Assembly (NCBI GenBank): GCA_963664115.2 | Contig: CAXWPJ010000002.1 | Coordinates: 992,001-1,056,000, forward strand | Length of the DNA: 64,000 bases | Direction of reading: 5' to 3' | Origin: Terriglobia bacterium | GTDB lineage: Bacteria; Acidobacteriota; Terriglobia; 20CM-2-55-15 | Shown: piece after piece, positions 17,673 to 27,901 of the stretch | Layout: every line of letters begins with the position of its first letter | How positions within the stretch are numbered: the stretch's first letter is position 1 | The notes under the pieces: generated by a model | What the model was told of the DNA's origin: nothing | What the model saw: the letters and a program-made list of their open reading frames with translations, nothing else | The model's database searches: none | Made by a program: the position numbers and the translations under genes

Positions 17673-18347
17673 TCACATCCACTTGTCGCGATCTTTGTAG
17701 GCCTTGAAAGGTGTGTTCGGGTGGTCTTTCTTAAACTCGAGAAATTTCTTGAGCATTTGCTCGTGGCGCCGAATCGACGTCTTGAGCGCCGCATGCGGCA
17801 TATCGATCAAGAGCCGTTCGACTGCCCACACGTTCCGTTTCGAAAGCCTCCAATTGCTCCGGGTAAATTCCCTGAGGTCAGCGACTCCGTAAGCGATGAT
17901 CCGCCCTGAGCCGTCGACGTAGGGATCGACATAACTGAGTGCCAGTTGCCGAATCGTTCGAAAGACCGGTTTACGTCCGTGCAGTCCCACGTCCCGGGAT
18001 TTCGCAATGGTTCCCCACATTCCCCTGACGCTGAACAGGAACAGCACATGGTCCAGATAGTCGACTGATTCCAGATCGAGCAGCAGGGGCGGGTGGCCAT
18101 GTTGCTCCATGATCGTTGCCGCGGAAAGTGCGGCCTCAATACAGTTGGCGCTGCCAGACCGCACGACTTCCCGAAAGGTTCTCAGGGTGTGCGGTTCCCA
18201 GTTGTAGGGCAACGAACGCAGATATTTTTGGACCTGAAGGGGCGTTCGGTGTTGTTGAATAACCGATTTTTCCTTTCGGTTGAACTCAGTCGAAGACGGC
18301 CTTCGGTAATTTTTTCCCGCGTCCGGTTTCGGTCGTTTTCCAGTCAA
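17673..18347 (-). CDS. Transglutaminase-like conserved hypothetical protein
   Basis: LPYN, ANCIEAAL, DHVLFLF, WG.IAKS, GRKPVFR motifs. Confidence 0.65.
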   Translation of the reverse strand: MTGKRPKPDAGKNYRRPSSTEFNRKEKSVIQQHRTPLQVQKYLRSLPYNWEPHTLRTFREVVRSGSANCIEAALSAATIMEQHGHPPLLLDLESVDYLDHVLFLFSVRGMWGTIAKSRDVGLHGRKPVFRTIRQLALSYVDPYVDGSGRIIAYGVADLREFTRSNWRLSKRNVWAVERLLIDMPHAALKTSIRRHEQMLKKFLEFKKDHPNTPFKAYKDRDKWM

Positions 18348-18364
18348 GAGAAGTTCAAGATGGT

Positions 18365-18910
18365 CTATGACGACGCCTTCGCTGCCTGGGCCATTCGCTC
18401 CTGCATTCGGCGGGTCAGGTGTGGCACGATACCGATCATGCGTTCGATCAGCATGAGTTGGCCTCGATGATGCATCTCGTGCTCTTTGACCGAGAGCAAT
18501 ATCTCGAATCTGCTTTTCGCGGGCGGCGTTGCGCCTTCCGGCATTTCAACGGACTCTCCAAGGAACTCTTCGGACACGCTCTCGACAAACTGTGCCCAGA
18601 TTTCACCGTTTTTCTTGAGCAGATCGATCACCTCATCCTTGGTTCGCGACTGTGCCTCCTCCGCTCCGAGTTTCTCCATAGTGCCGCGGAAATCGTAACC
18701 CTCAAGCGTCGTTCTACGCTCGACGGCGTTGATCTGATGCCAGAAGCTGTAGGAGAGTGCAATGTGTGTGAGTAGCTTCTCAACCGTCCGGGTCTGGGGC
18801 CCGGCCTGATAGCCGTACTGTTCGTCCGGAATGTCTTCCGCGATCTGAATCGTATTCTGACGGACGGTTCGAATGCTGGCCGCCAATTCTTTTGTACCGT
18901 AGTAGTTCAT
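18365..18910 (-). CDS. DinB family protein
   Basis: SD GAGG before MNYYG; LLTHIA and HEMHHRGQL His triad. Confidence 0.88.
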   Translation of the reverse strand: MNYYGTKELAASIRTVRQNTIQIAEDIPDEQYGYQAGPQTRTVEKLLTHIALSYSFWHQINAVERRTTLEGYDFRGTMEKLGAEEAQSRTKDEVIDLLKKNGEIWAQFVESVSEEFLGESVEMPEGATPPAKSRFEILLSVKEHEMHHRGQLMLIERMIGIVPHLTRRMQERMAQAAKASS

Positions 18911-19008
18911 TTCTTTCCTCCGACAAGTTTTCCTAATTCTATGGCATTTCCTGTGGATCGTGTTTCGTGCAGAAAATAGCCTGGGTAACATAGGATTCGC
19001 TATCCTAG

Positions 19009-20857
19009 TCCCAAAACAAGCGCATAACCAGTCCGCCGAGGCCCAGTTCGCGCCGATAGAATTCGAGGCATAGAATCCCGTTCCCGGATGGCCTGTTCCA
19101 GGTATCGAGTTTCTGTTGAATCTGTTTCAGTTCAGCCTCGCTGGTGTTGGACGGTTGACAGAAACCGGGACCTCGATCGCCCGGGCTCAGAGTCATGATC
19201 GGGTCAACATCGCAGAGGCTGACGCAACACATCCACCCCGCGGAACAAGACCGGCAACCACCGGTTCCAGGCCAGGATCCGGAACAGAATGCGCCGCCCG
19301 GTGCGCACGAGTTGGCACGGCACAAGCATGAAAGCGTTCAAGAAGGTTTTGAACTCCATGCGCAGCACGGTTTGCTTCTCAGCCTGATATTTTTGGCCCC
19401 AACGTCCGGTTTCGGGAAGCAGCAATGCAAACCACGCTTTCAGTGTCCAGGCCAGTGACGCGATCACCATGTAGGCCCAGTTGCTGGTCTGATCTCCGAC
19501 CGGCATCCGCAACGCCTGAACGCCGTTCTTCAACTGCTCAATGAGATTCTCCTGATTGCACCGTTGATTGGCACGCATCACAATCTGGTCGGCCGGATCC
19601 GAACGGTTGGTAATGTAGAAGAAGTACCGGATGTCGTCAAACAACACCTGCTCTCCTTTGGCCACCGACAGATTCTTCCGCACCACGACGACACGGTAGT
19701 CCCGATCGCAGGCTCCGGGTCGATACCGAAACTCGGCCACATCCTCACCCTGCAAGCGGATATTGTCGAAACCGCGCTGCCGAACGATCTCTTCCTTCAC
19801 GTTGTCGGGACGTTGGCGCGGTTCGGTCGCCACGTCGTATTTCGCGGGCCGTTCCAGGCGCTTCCACTGGCGCGGCTCCAGTTCATCGGCCCGGGCCTTC
19901 AGGTTCGCCATCGCGTCAATCCCGAATATGAAACCCACCTGCTGGTCGTCCCATCCGTCCAGATGCCGGGTCTGGCTGAAGTCCGTGTCCCCGCGCAGCA
20001 GGATCTGGCGAAACCCCGCATGCCGGCACAATGCGATGGCTTGGTCGAACCGGACCGCGGCTCCTTCATGCGACGGCCGGTTGCCGCTACGATTGACCAG
20101 ATACAGCGGTTCGGCGGTGTTGGCCAGCGAGATCATCAGCGGGTGATATCCCCACGTCCCGTCGTAGGCCACGTCCATCCCTTGCTTGCATTCCCCCGTG
20201 GTTTCGGCCAGTGTCCCGTCCGCGTCCAACACCGCTTCTTCGAAAAACGCCGCCGGTTGCTGTCGCCAGACTCCGAGCCGGACTTGATTGGTTGCCTCCA
20301 TCAGACACTCCACGTCGTCGGCCTCGAATCTCCGGCAGAAGTCTCCCGCCGTCGTCGGATCCGGAATCCGTTGCGCTCCCAGCGCATCCAGATACACCGC
20401 ATCGTTGCGCCGCAGTTCGATGTCTTCCAGGCACGTTCCTCCGCTCAAGGCGTTGTAGGCGATGTTCAGCACGTGATCCGACTCGTGATACGGCAGGTGC
20501 CGCTTCAACACATGCACGCCCTTGTCGATGGCTTCGATCAGCCCGGTCCGCCGCGCCACCAGTTGCATCGTCCCGATACCACCAACCGATGTGCCCCGCG
20601 TCCGCTCTCCCATCTCGTACTGAATGTTGCTCGCCGAAAACATCGGCTCTACCTGATCCGTCCAATGCCGGTCCCCAAGCCGACGTTCGATTCGCCGCTT
20701 GCGGTTCCTCATGTTCTTGCGCGTATAATCGTTCATCTGAAATGCCTCCTTTTCCGAAGAATCTGTTCAAGGTTTTTTTCGCACGGAGAGGGGGCATTTC
20801 GGGTACTTCCGCTCTTATTGCACTATCATTTCCTCGTCAATCACGCTTGTTCAGGGA
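19009..20857 (-). mobile_element. IS1380-family element type A, copy 1 (1849 bp)
   Basis: IRs TCCCAAAACAAGCG and TCCCTGAACAAGCG; CTAG on both sides (19005-19008, 20858-20861). Confidence 0.93.
19204..20736 (-). CDS. IS1380 transposase
   Basis: LDADGT, GYHPL, LLRGDTDF, RCNQENLIEQLK motifs. Confidence 0.93.
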   Translation of the reverse strand: MNDYTRKNMRNRKRRIERRLGDRHWTDQVEPMFSASNIQYEMGERTRGTSVGGIGTMQLVARRTGLIEAIDKGVHVLKRHLPYHESDHVLNIAYNALSGGTCLEDIELRRNDAVYLDALGAQRIPDPTTAGDFCRRFEADDVECLMEATNQVRLGVWRQQPAAFFEEAVLDADGTLAETTGECKQGMDVAYDGTWGYHPLMISLANTAEPLYLVNRSGNRPSHEGAAVRFDQAIALCRHAGFRQILLRGDTDFSQTRHLDGWDDQQVGFIFGIDAMANLKARADELEPRQWKRLERPAKYDVATEPRQRPDNVKEEIVRQRGFDNIRLQGEDVAEFRYRPGACDRDYRVVVVRKNLSVAKGEQVLFDDIRYFFYITNRSDPADQIVMRANQRCNQENLIEQLKNGVQALRMPVGDQTSNWAYMVIASLAWTLKAWFALLLPETGRWGQKYQAEKQTVLRMEFKTFLNAFMLVPCQLVRTGRRILFRILAWNRWLPVLFRGVDVLRQPLRC

Positions 20858-20913
20858 CTAGTGGAGAGGCCCACAACAGACAGAATAGAATGGTTCGGAG
20901 GGAGGACAGGGAA

Positions 20914-21810
20914 ATGAAAGCGCTGGTCACAGGTGCGACCGGATTCATCGGGCAAGAGCTCATCAAGCGCCTCGACGCGCCAGTGGCGCTGACCCGCAAC
21001 CCCGATGGCGCTGCTGCACGCGGACTCGGAGTGCGGACCATGGCCTGGGAGCCCGCTGCGGGTCCGCCTCGAGTGGCTGCATTCGAGGGCGTAGACACAA
21101 TATTTCATCTTGCCGGTGATCCCGTGGCCAAAGGCCGTTGGACTCGAGCGAAGAAATCCAGAATCCGTTCGAGCAGGGTCGACGGCACCCGCCACCTTGT
21201 CGATGCCCTTGCCGCCATGGAAAAACGACCGTCCTGTCTCGTGAGTGCTTCGGCCGTGGGGTATTACGGTGATGGGGGAGAAGAAATCCTGGACGAAACG
21301 TCCAGCGCTGACGGATCCTTCCTCGCCGAAGTCTGTCAGGCCTGGGAACGGGAAGCCTTGCGAGCGGCGGATCACGGGATTCGCGTCGTCACAGTGCGGA
21401 CGGGCATCGTTCTCGGCGCGGGAGGTGGGGCATTGGCCTCGATGTTGCCGCCCTTCAAGTTGGGCTTAGGCGGCCGTTTGGGGAACGGAAGGCAGTGGAT
21501 GCCATGGATTCATATCACAGACCTGATCAGCCTGATGCTGCATGCGGTGGACCATAAGGATATGCGGGGTGCAGTGAACGGGGTTTCTCCCAACCCGGTC
21601 ACGAACAGAGATTTCACGGCCGCGCTGGCGGGCACCCTCCGCCGCCCGGCGCTCTTTCCGGCACCCGGATTGATTCTCAGGCTCGCCCTCGGTGAATTTG
21701 CCATCGTTTTGCTGGCGTCACAGCGAGTGGTTCCGACCATGGCGACCCAGTCAGGATTCGAGTTTCAATATCCGAAGCTCGAGGGCGCCCTCGCCGAGAT
21801 TCTTGAATAG
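20914..21810 (+). CDS. TIGR01777 family NAD-dependent epimerase (YfcH-like)
   Basis: MKALVTGATGFIG, SASAVGYYG, GRQWMPWIHI, NPVTN; ATG 20914. Confidence 0.92.
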   Translation: MKALVTGATGFIGQELIKRLDAPVALTRNPDGAAARGLGVRTMAWEPAAGPPRVAAFEGVDTIFHLAGDPVAKGRWTRAKKSRIRSSRVDGTRHLVDALAAMEKRPSCLVSASAVGYYGDGGEEILDETSSADGSFLAEVCQAWEREALRAADHGIRVVTVRTGIVLGAGGGALASMLPPFKLGLGGRLGNGRQWMPWIHITDLISLMLHAVDHKDMRGAVNGVSPNPVTNRDFTAALAGTLRRPALFPAPGLILRLALGEFAIVLLASQRVVPTMATQSGFEFQYPKLEGALAEILE

Positions 21811-21883
21811 GCGCGTTACGACTCCTCTATTAAAGAGAGGGCAGGTTTCTCTCCGCATGCGGGTCGCTGATCCCGGGTCTCGG

Positions 21884-22873
21884 TCACTTCTTCCCGGCCA
21901 CCTCTGCTTCGAGCACAACTGTTTCAGAGGGAACCGTGTTACGGGCTGAGGATGCGCGCCAGTAACCCGCCAGAACACTGCCGATCAAAGAATGGAAGAG
22001 ACTGGAAATGGCACTGGGAACCGCGACGAGAGGATTGACGAAGTTCGCTCCGGCCAGCACAACCCCCAAGCCGGAGTTCTGCATGCCGACTTCGATCGCG
22101 ACCGTGCGGGCCGAGACCACGTTTGGGGATAAGGCGCGGGTCAGAATGTAGCCGAGGCCGAACCCGCAGACATGCAGTGCGAACACGGCTCCGATCAGCA
22201 GCGAGCCGGACTCGATGATGGCAGCCCGGCTGGCTCCGATTATCGAAGCGACGATCATCGTGATCAATACGACCGATACTAATGGCGCCACCGGAAGTAT
22301 TTTGTGAGTCAGTCCGGGTGCATATCGTCTGAGGGTCAGACCTGCCACGACCGGGACGATGACGACCTGCAGCGTGCCGAAGAGAAGACCGGCTGCGGGA
22401 ACATCCACCCGGCTGCTGGCATACATTGCCGTGAGAGTGGGGGTCATCAGGACCGAGAGTGATGTGGACACCGCCGTCATTGAAACCGAAAGGGGCACGT
22501 CGGCAAGCGCCAGATACGAAATTACGTTCGATGCGACTCCGCCCGGACAACACGACACCAGAATCAAGCCGACAGCGAATGGAGTCGGCAGCTCCATCAC
22601 TCGAGCGATGCCCCAACCAAGAAACGGCATCACTATGTACTGCAGAGCCACACCCAGGCCGATCAAGCGCGGCCGCAACGCGACCCGGCGGAAGTCGTTA
22701 ATCTCCAAGGTCAGGCCCATAGACATCATGGTCGCGCCGAGAGCGAGGGTAATGAGAACACCGCTGAACCAGGTAAACACCTCTGGCCGGTAGAGTGCCG
22801 CGACGCTGGCCAGGAGGACCCAGAGTGGAAATGCGAAGGTCGCGAATTTTATGATTCGTGAAACTCGGAGCAT
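21884..22873 (-). CDS. Bile acid:sodium symporter (BASS) family
   Basis: MGLTL, QY.VMP, CCPGGVASNV, IEVGMQNSGL; start approximate. Confidence 0.92.
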   Translation of the reverse strand: MLRVSRIIKFATFAFPLWVLLASVAALYRPEVFTWFSGVLITLALGATMMSMGLTLEINDFRRVALRPRLIGLGVALQYIVMPFLGWGIARVMELPTPFAVGLILVSCCPGGVASNVISYLALADVPLSVSMTAVSTSLSVLMTPTLTAMYASSRVDVPAAGLLFGTLQVVIVPVVAGLTLRRYAPGLTHKILPVAPLVSVVLITMIVASIIGASRAAIIESGSLLIGAVFALHVCGFGLGYILTRALSPNVVSARTVAIEVGMQNSGLGVVLAGANFVNPLVAVPSAISSLFHSLIGSVLAGYWRASSARNTVPSETVVLEAEVAGKK

Positions 22874-22985
22874 CGAATCCGGGATATTACGCGAAAAATT
22901 TAAGGACTGCATTCAAATCTGGCCTTTATAGGTGACATTTTGATAATTTAACTTCGTCGTCAGAAGCCTTTTCTCTGGAGGAAGC

Positions 22986-23561
22986 GTGGGAATCCGAAAC
23001 TTGACCCTATTCGTGCTGGCTGCTCTGCTCTGTGGGTTCGTGCCCTCATCCCTCTCCCAGCGCCCCAATCCCTTAGATGAATTGCAGCGCCGGGCCGAAG
23101 AAATCTATTTCCAGCAGAGGATCGATTCTTTCGTCGAGGACACCTTTGAATTCTACGAGATCAGCGGTGAACTGATTTCTTTTCGTGTCCATCCGAACAT
23201 GACGCGGGAGGAATTGAATCTCGTGGATGAGAAGGCCGAAGACCTGGAAGACATGGCGGGCGATCTGATTTCCTTTGTGCAATTCATCTCTCCGAGAGTG
23301 CGTGGAAACACAGACGACCTCTGGGTCATTCTCGAACCGGTGGATGAGAACTCCAGCATGGAAGCCCGGCTCACCCTGCTCCTGTCAATGGTCAATGGAA
23401 TACAGCCCAAACTCCAGCATTTCGTCGAACTCCTCACAGAAGAGACTGAACCCTCCGTCGAGGTTGAAGATCTGATAGTGGAAGCATCGCTGCCGTATCT
23501 GATCGCGGGAGGGCTGGAAGAACTTCGCGAGATGGCACGCGCCCTTCGACGCACCTTGTAA
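22986..23561 (+). CDS. Exported helical hypothetical protein
   Basis: SD GGAGG, GTG start, signal peptide, acidic helical body. Confidence 0.65.
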   Translation: MGIRNLTLFVLAALLCGFVPSSLSQRPNPLDELQRRAEEIYFQQRIDSFVEDTFEFYEISGELISFRVHPNMTREELNLVDEKAEDLEDMAGDLISFVQFISPRVRGNTDDLWVILEPVDENSSMEARLTLLLSMVNGIQPKLQHFVELLTEETEPSVEVEDLIVEASLPYLIAGGLEELREMARALRRTL

Positions 23562-23587
23562 TTCGAAAGTCTGGCTCGGAGTCTTCC

Positions 23588-24010
23588 ATGGGTGGCCAAA
23601 GCGCCTCGCACCAGATCCTGTTCGTTTGCATCGAAAACTCCAATCGAAGCCAGATGGCCGAGGCTTTTGCCCGGATCCACGGCGGCGATGATGTGGCTTC
23701 CTACAGTGCGGGCTCGGAACCGGGAGGGGAGGTGAACGCCCGTGCCATTGCCGCCATGGGGGAGATTGGCTACGACTTGGGGACTCACCGCTCCAAATCC
23801 CTGAGTGACGTTCCGGACGTGGAATACGATTGGCTCATTGCTATGGGCTGCGGCGATCGGTGTCCCTTCGTGAAGGCCCGGCATCGGGCCGATTGGGACA
23901 TTCCCGACCCGAAATCCATGCAACCTGACCAATTCCGCGAGGTCCGGGACCTGATCGAGCGAAAAGTCAGGGAGCTGGTCGATCGCCTCCGAAACCCCTC
24001 CCAGGTCTAA
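23588..24010 (+). CDS. arsC: LMW-PTPase family arsenate reductase-like protein
   Basis: ILFVCIENSNRSQMAE P-loop, SAGS, MGCGDRCP, WDIPDP. Confidence 0.85.
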   Translation: MGGQSASHQILFVCIENSNRSQMAEAFARIHGGDDVASYSAGSEPGGEVNARAIAAMGEIGYDLGTHRSKSLSDVPDVEYDWLIAMGCGDRCPFVKARHRADWDIPDPKSMQPDQFREVRDLIERKVRELVDRLRNPSQV

Positions 24011-24137
24011 TTCCTAAGCGCAAATAATGCGCGTATGTGCATGATTCGCGTCAAGAAAGGCCTGTTATGCACACATAAAACAGGCAGAAAACCGGAAACA
24101 ACCGGCCTGAAAAAGGTCAAAACACCCCAAAATTCCC

Positions 24138-24166
24138 TTGACATCAGGGCGACTCGGCGTTGAAAT
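24138..24166 (+). promoter_or_regulatory. Sigma70-type promoter of the HTH-pil operon, now separated from it by an IS
   Basis: TTGACA-17 bp-TGAAAT. Confidence 0.55.
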
Positions 24167-24188
24167 AGGCAACCCCCGGGAGATCTAG

Positions 24189-25937
24189 CCCGGATTTCTC
24201 AAGAGATCTGAGATAAATCGAAACAGAGTACGACGGTAAAGGACCGAAAAAGGCCGCCCTGTCTGGCATAGAAGGTTTTGTCGAGAAACTTTCAAACCAA
24301 GACGGAGGCGGCCTTTGTCATGACAGAGTGTAAAACAGAAACGGTTCAATTTCACGCTTTGGGTTCACGCGAAGTACGCGGTCAATTCGACGGTGGAGAC
24401 ATCAGTTCCGACGGTGGCGGTTTGCTGCTGCGGGAGGTGGAGAAACGGACCGGCATTGTGAAACAGTTTGCCGGATGTTTCCAGGATCATCGGGATCCAC
24501 GATTTGTGGAACACCGCATCGAACAACTGGTGGGGCAACGGGTGTACGGACTGTGCCTGGGCTATGAGGATCTGAACGACCACGATGAACTGCGTTCCGA
24601 TCCGGTCCTGGCCGTGATGGTGGATGAGACCGATCCGAAGGGACGAGGTCGGAAGCAGGCGCGGGATCGAGGCAAGGCGCTGGCGGGCAAGAGCACGCTG
24701 AACCGGCTGGAGCTGTCGACCGAGGGTGCGGCCAACCATCCCTACAAAAAGATCGGCCGGAACGAAGGGGCGATCGATCGGTTGATGGTGGACGTGTTTC
24801 TCCAAGCCCATCGGCGAGCCCCACGGCAGATCATTCTGGACCTGGATGCGACCGACGATCCGATTCACGGGAATCAGGAAGGGCGCTTCTTTCACGGCTA
24901 CTACCGGCACTATTGTTATCTACCGCTGTATATCTTCTGTGGGGAGTTTCTGCTCTGTGCCCGGCTGCGACCCTCCGACATCGATGGTGCGGCCGGATCG
25001 GTCGAAGAGCTGGAACGGATCGTGGGCCAGATTCGACAGAAGTGGCCCCGAGTCCAGATTGTGATTCGGGCCGACTCGGGTTTCTGCCGCGATGAGATCC
25101 TGAGCTGGTGCGAGGCCCAGCACCGTGTCGATTACGTGATCGGACTGGCGAAGAACAAGCGGCTGCTCCGCGCGATTGAAACTCCGATGGAGAAAGCGAA
25201 GCAGCGATTCGACAGGACCGGAAAGTCGGCGCGCGTCTTTAAGACGTTTCAGTATCGGACCCTGGACAGCTGGACCCGAGAGCGACGCGTCATTGGCAAG
25301 GCCGAACATCTGGCCAAGGGCGCCAACCCGCGGTTTATCGTTACCTCGTTACCGAAAGGCCAACCCACCCCACAGCAGATCTATGAACAGATCTACTGTG
25401 CTCGTGGGGACATGGAAAACCGGATCAAAGAGCAACAGCTCGGATTGTTTGCCGACCGGACCAGCACGGCCACCATGCGCGCCAATCAACTCCGACTCTA
25501 CTTCTCATCGGTCGCGTACATGTTGATGCAGGCCTTGCGGCGGCTCGGATTGCAAGGTACCCAATTCGCGCGTGCGCAGTGCACCACCATCCGCCTGAAG
25601 CTACTCAAGATCGGAGCGCAGATCCATGTCACCGTCCGCCGGGTCTGGATTCGGATGGCCGGTGGTTATCCCTATGCCAACGTGTTTGCTCAGATCTACG
25701 CGAACCTTCAGAAAATTCCTCTGCGCTGTTAAACGCCTCCCCCGAACATCACGACCTTCCGGCCTCGGTAGGGATAGCTGTCTCCGAAATCCGCTTTCAC
25801 AGTACCGTTGTCATGAACGACAGTCCCGAAGCGCCCATTTCTCAGTTGAGCCGGTGCCTTTACTCGCGCCGCACCGCTCACGAACCCTATTCTGTCTCCA
25901 AAATACAGTTCCCGGCATCATTCATGAGAAATGCGGG
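24189..25937 (+). mobile_element. IS1380-family element type B
   Basis: IRs CCCGGATTTCTCA and CCCGCATTTCTCA; CTAG at 24185-24188 and 25938-25941. Confidence 0.93.
24320..25732 (+). CDS. IS1380 transposase
   Basis: ISSDGG, GYEDLNDHD, LDLDATDDP, RADSGF, YCARGDMENRIKE; SD GGAGG before ATG 24320. Confidence 0.95.
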   Translation: MTECKTETVQFHALGSREVRGQFDGGDISSDGGGLLLREVEKRTGIVKQFAGCFQDHRDPRFVEHRIEQLVGQRVYGLCLGYEDLNDHDELRSDPVLAVMVDETDPKGRGRKQARDRGKALAGKSTLNRLELSTEGAANHPYKKIGRNEGAIDRLMVDVFLQAHRRAPRQIILDLDATDDPIHGNQEGRFFHGYYRHYCYLPLYIFCGEFLLCARLRPSDIDGAAGSVEELERIVGQIRQKWPRVQIVIRADSGFCRDEILSWCEAQHRVDYVIGLAKNKRLLRAIETPMEKAKQRFDRTGKSARVFKTFQYRTLDSWTRERRVIGKAEHLAKGANPRFIVTSLPKGQPTPQQIYEQIYCARGDMENRIKEQQLGLFADRTSTATMRANQLRLYFSSVAYMLMQALRRLGLQGTQFARAQCTTIRLKLLKIGAQIHVTVRRVWIRMAGGYPYANVFAQIYANLQKIPLRC

Positions 25938-25949
25938 CTAGAGGTCAAA

Positions 25950-26171
25950 ATGGAACGATTAAAAGAGGTTATGACTCTGCGAGAAGCCTCGCAATATTTA
26001 GGGGTCTCCCCAGATACCCTTTACAAGTATCTGGGCGAGGACAAGATTCCTGCGTTCAAGCTCGGAAATCGGTGGCGATTCAAGAAGGACTTGCTGGACC
26101 GGTGGATGGAAAAGAAGAGCGAACGCGGGCCAAGTTCTCTGGTGAGACCCGGTCAGAAGACACGGCGCTAA
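25950..26171 (+). CDS. Excisionase-like (HTH_17) DNA-binding protein
   Basis: MTLREASQYLGVSPDTLY..IPAFKLGNRWRF..LDRW. Confidence 0.85.
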   Translation: MERLKEVMTLREASQYLGVSPDTLYKYLGEDKIPAFKLGNRWRFKKDLLDRWMEKKSERGPSSLVRPGQKTRR

Positions 26172-26197
26172 GCCGCCGATGAAGGAACGATTGACGT

Positions 26198-27245
26198 ATG
26201 TTTGGTAAGAGTAAGGCACTTGTTGGACTCGACATCGGTTCGAGCTCGATCAAAGCGATCGAGCTGTCCAAATCCAAGAGTGGCTACGAAATCGTAGGTT
26301 TTGCGCGCCATACGCTCGGGCCGGATGCGGTCGTCGATGGAGCGATCACCGACTCGGGGGCGGTGTCGGAGGCCATAAAAGCGGCGTTCACCATGGGTGG
26401 CTTCAAGAGCAAGGCCGTGGTGACCAGCGTGTCCGGGCACTCGGTGATCGTCAAACGTGTTGTGCTTCCTGTGGATAGCGCCGAAGAAGTCGAGAGCTCG
26501 ATACAGTTCGGTGCCGACGAGTACATTCCCTTTGAAATCACAGACGTCAACCTCGACTACGAAGTGATAGGCCCGTCCGAAGGCGAGGACGAGGGCCTTG
26601 AGGTTCTTCTGGTCGCTGCCAAGAAAGGACCAGATCGAGAACAATACCAACGTCGTTACGATGGCCGGTCATTCCGCAGAAATTGTTGATATTGATGCCT
26701 TTGCGCTGCAGAACGCCTTCGAGGTCAACTACAATCCGGATCCTGATCAGACGATCGCGCTGCTCAATATCGGGGCGTCGCTGACCAACATCAATATTAC
26801 GAAGGGCGGCATGCCCCTGTTTATTCGGGATGTGTCCGTGGGTGGAAGCCAATATACCGACATCTTGCAGAAAGAGCTGCAACTCAGCTACGAGGAAGCC
26901 GAAGACTTGAAGTTTGGAAAGCAGGTTGGGATGTACGATGCCGACATGGTCGCCCCGCTGCTGGATTCGATTACCGACATGTTGACCATGGAGGTTCAGA
27001 AGACTTTCGATTTCTTCAAGGAGACCTATCCGGACGAGACGATTTCGGCCGTCTATCTGGCCGGAGGCACGGCCAGCGCGGCGGGTTTAGTCGAAAAGAT
27101 TCAAACGGCTTTCGGTTATACGACCGAGATTATAGATCCGTTTAAGGCCGTTACGGTGGGTTCGAAGGTGGGTACCGGGATTCAAGAGGTAGGCCCGGCT
27201 GTGACGGTCGCACTCGGTTTGGCTTTAAGAGGTTTTGACGCATGA
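26198..27245 (+). pseudogene. pilM: Type IV pilus protein PilM, +1 frameshift at ~26621-26628
   Basis: GLDIGSSSIK and YIPF in one frame; LLNIGAS and YLAGG in the next; removing one base in AAGAAAGGAC gives a 348-aa PilM. Confidence 0.88.
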
Positions 27246-27877
27246 TCCGCGTGAACCTATCCGGAGCTCCTAAGAAGGCAGCGGGCCGCAAGGGCCTCAG
27301 CATTCAGCTGCCGGCCAATGCGCTTCCTGTCCTGTGGGTTGTGATCATCCTGGGAACCGCCCTTTATGGCTACACCTGGTATTCGGGCCTCAACTCTGAA
27401 ACTGCGGATCTTGCGATTCGGATTGCGTCCGCGGAAGGCCAGTTGGCCCAGCTTCAGTCCGTCATCGATGAAGACGCGGCTTTCGAAGCCCGGAGAGAAG
27501 AATTAGCAAACCGGATCATGACGATCGAAGGACTGCAGAGGGATCAGGTTAGTCCCGTTCTTCTGCTGGATCGTTTGAGCGAGGCCATTACGCCGACGGA
27601 ATACGTATGGTTGGAGCAGGTCCAGCTAAATGACACGGTGATCACGATGGCGGGTGTCGGGACATCTGTAATCGCGATAGCAGATTTCGTATCCAGTCTC
27701 GAAGACACGGGCTATTTCGGCAACATCAATCTTGTGAACGCCCAGGACACGGCCGGAACATTTACATTCCAGATGAGCTGTGATTTCTTGCCGCCACCGC
27801 TGACAGTTGAAGAAGCAGTGGCTGAGGAGTCCGAAGGCGCAGGCGAAGGAGAGAACCCCGAACCCGAATCCAATTAG
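27242..27877 (+). CDS. pilN: Type IV pilus protein PilN
   Basis: MIRVNL, TM helix, coiled coil, VWL; operon position. Confidence 0.88.
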   Translation: MIRVNLSGAPKKAAGRKGLSIQLPANALPVLWVVIILGTALYGYTWYSGLNSETADLAIRIASAEGQLAQLQSVIDEDAAFEARREELANRIMTIEGLQRDQVSPVLLLDRLSEAITPTEYVWLEQVQLNDTVITMAGVGTSVIAIADFVSSLEDTGYFGNINLVNAQDTAGTFTFQMSCDFLPPPLTVEEAVAEESEGAGEGENPEPESN

Positions 27878-27901
27878 TGGATGCGGGTTTGAATACGGTT
27901 T

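Noticed and set aside
19564-21810. 748-aa ORF
   Set aside because: Antisense frame of the IS1380 transposase running in frame into the TIGR01777 gene; real start is 20914
25626-26171. 181-aa ORF
   Set aside because: N-terminal part comes from the IS; the HTH gene starts at 25950
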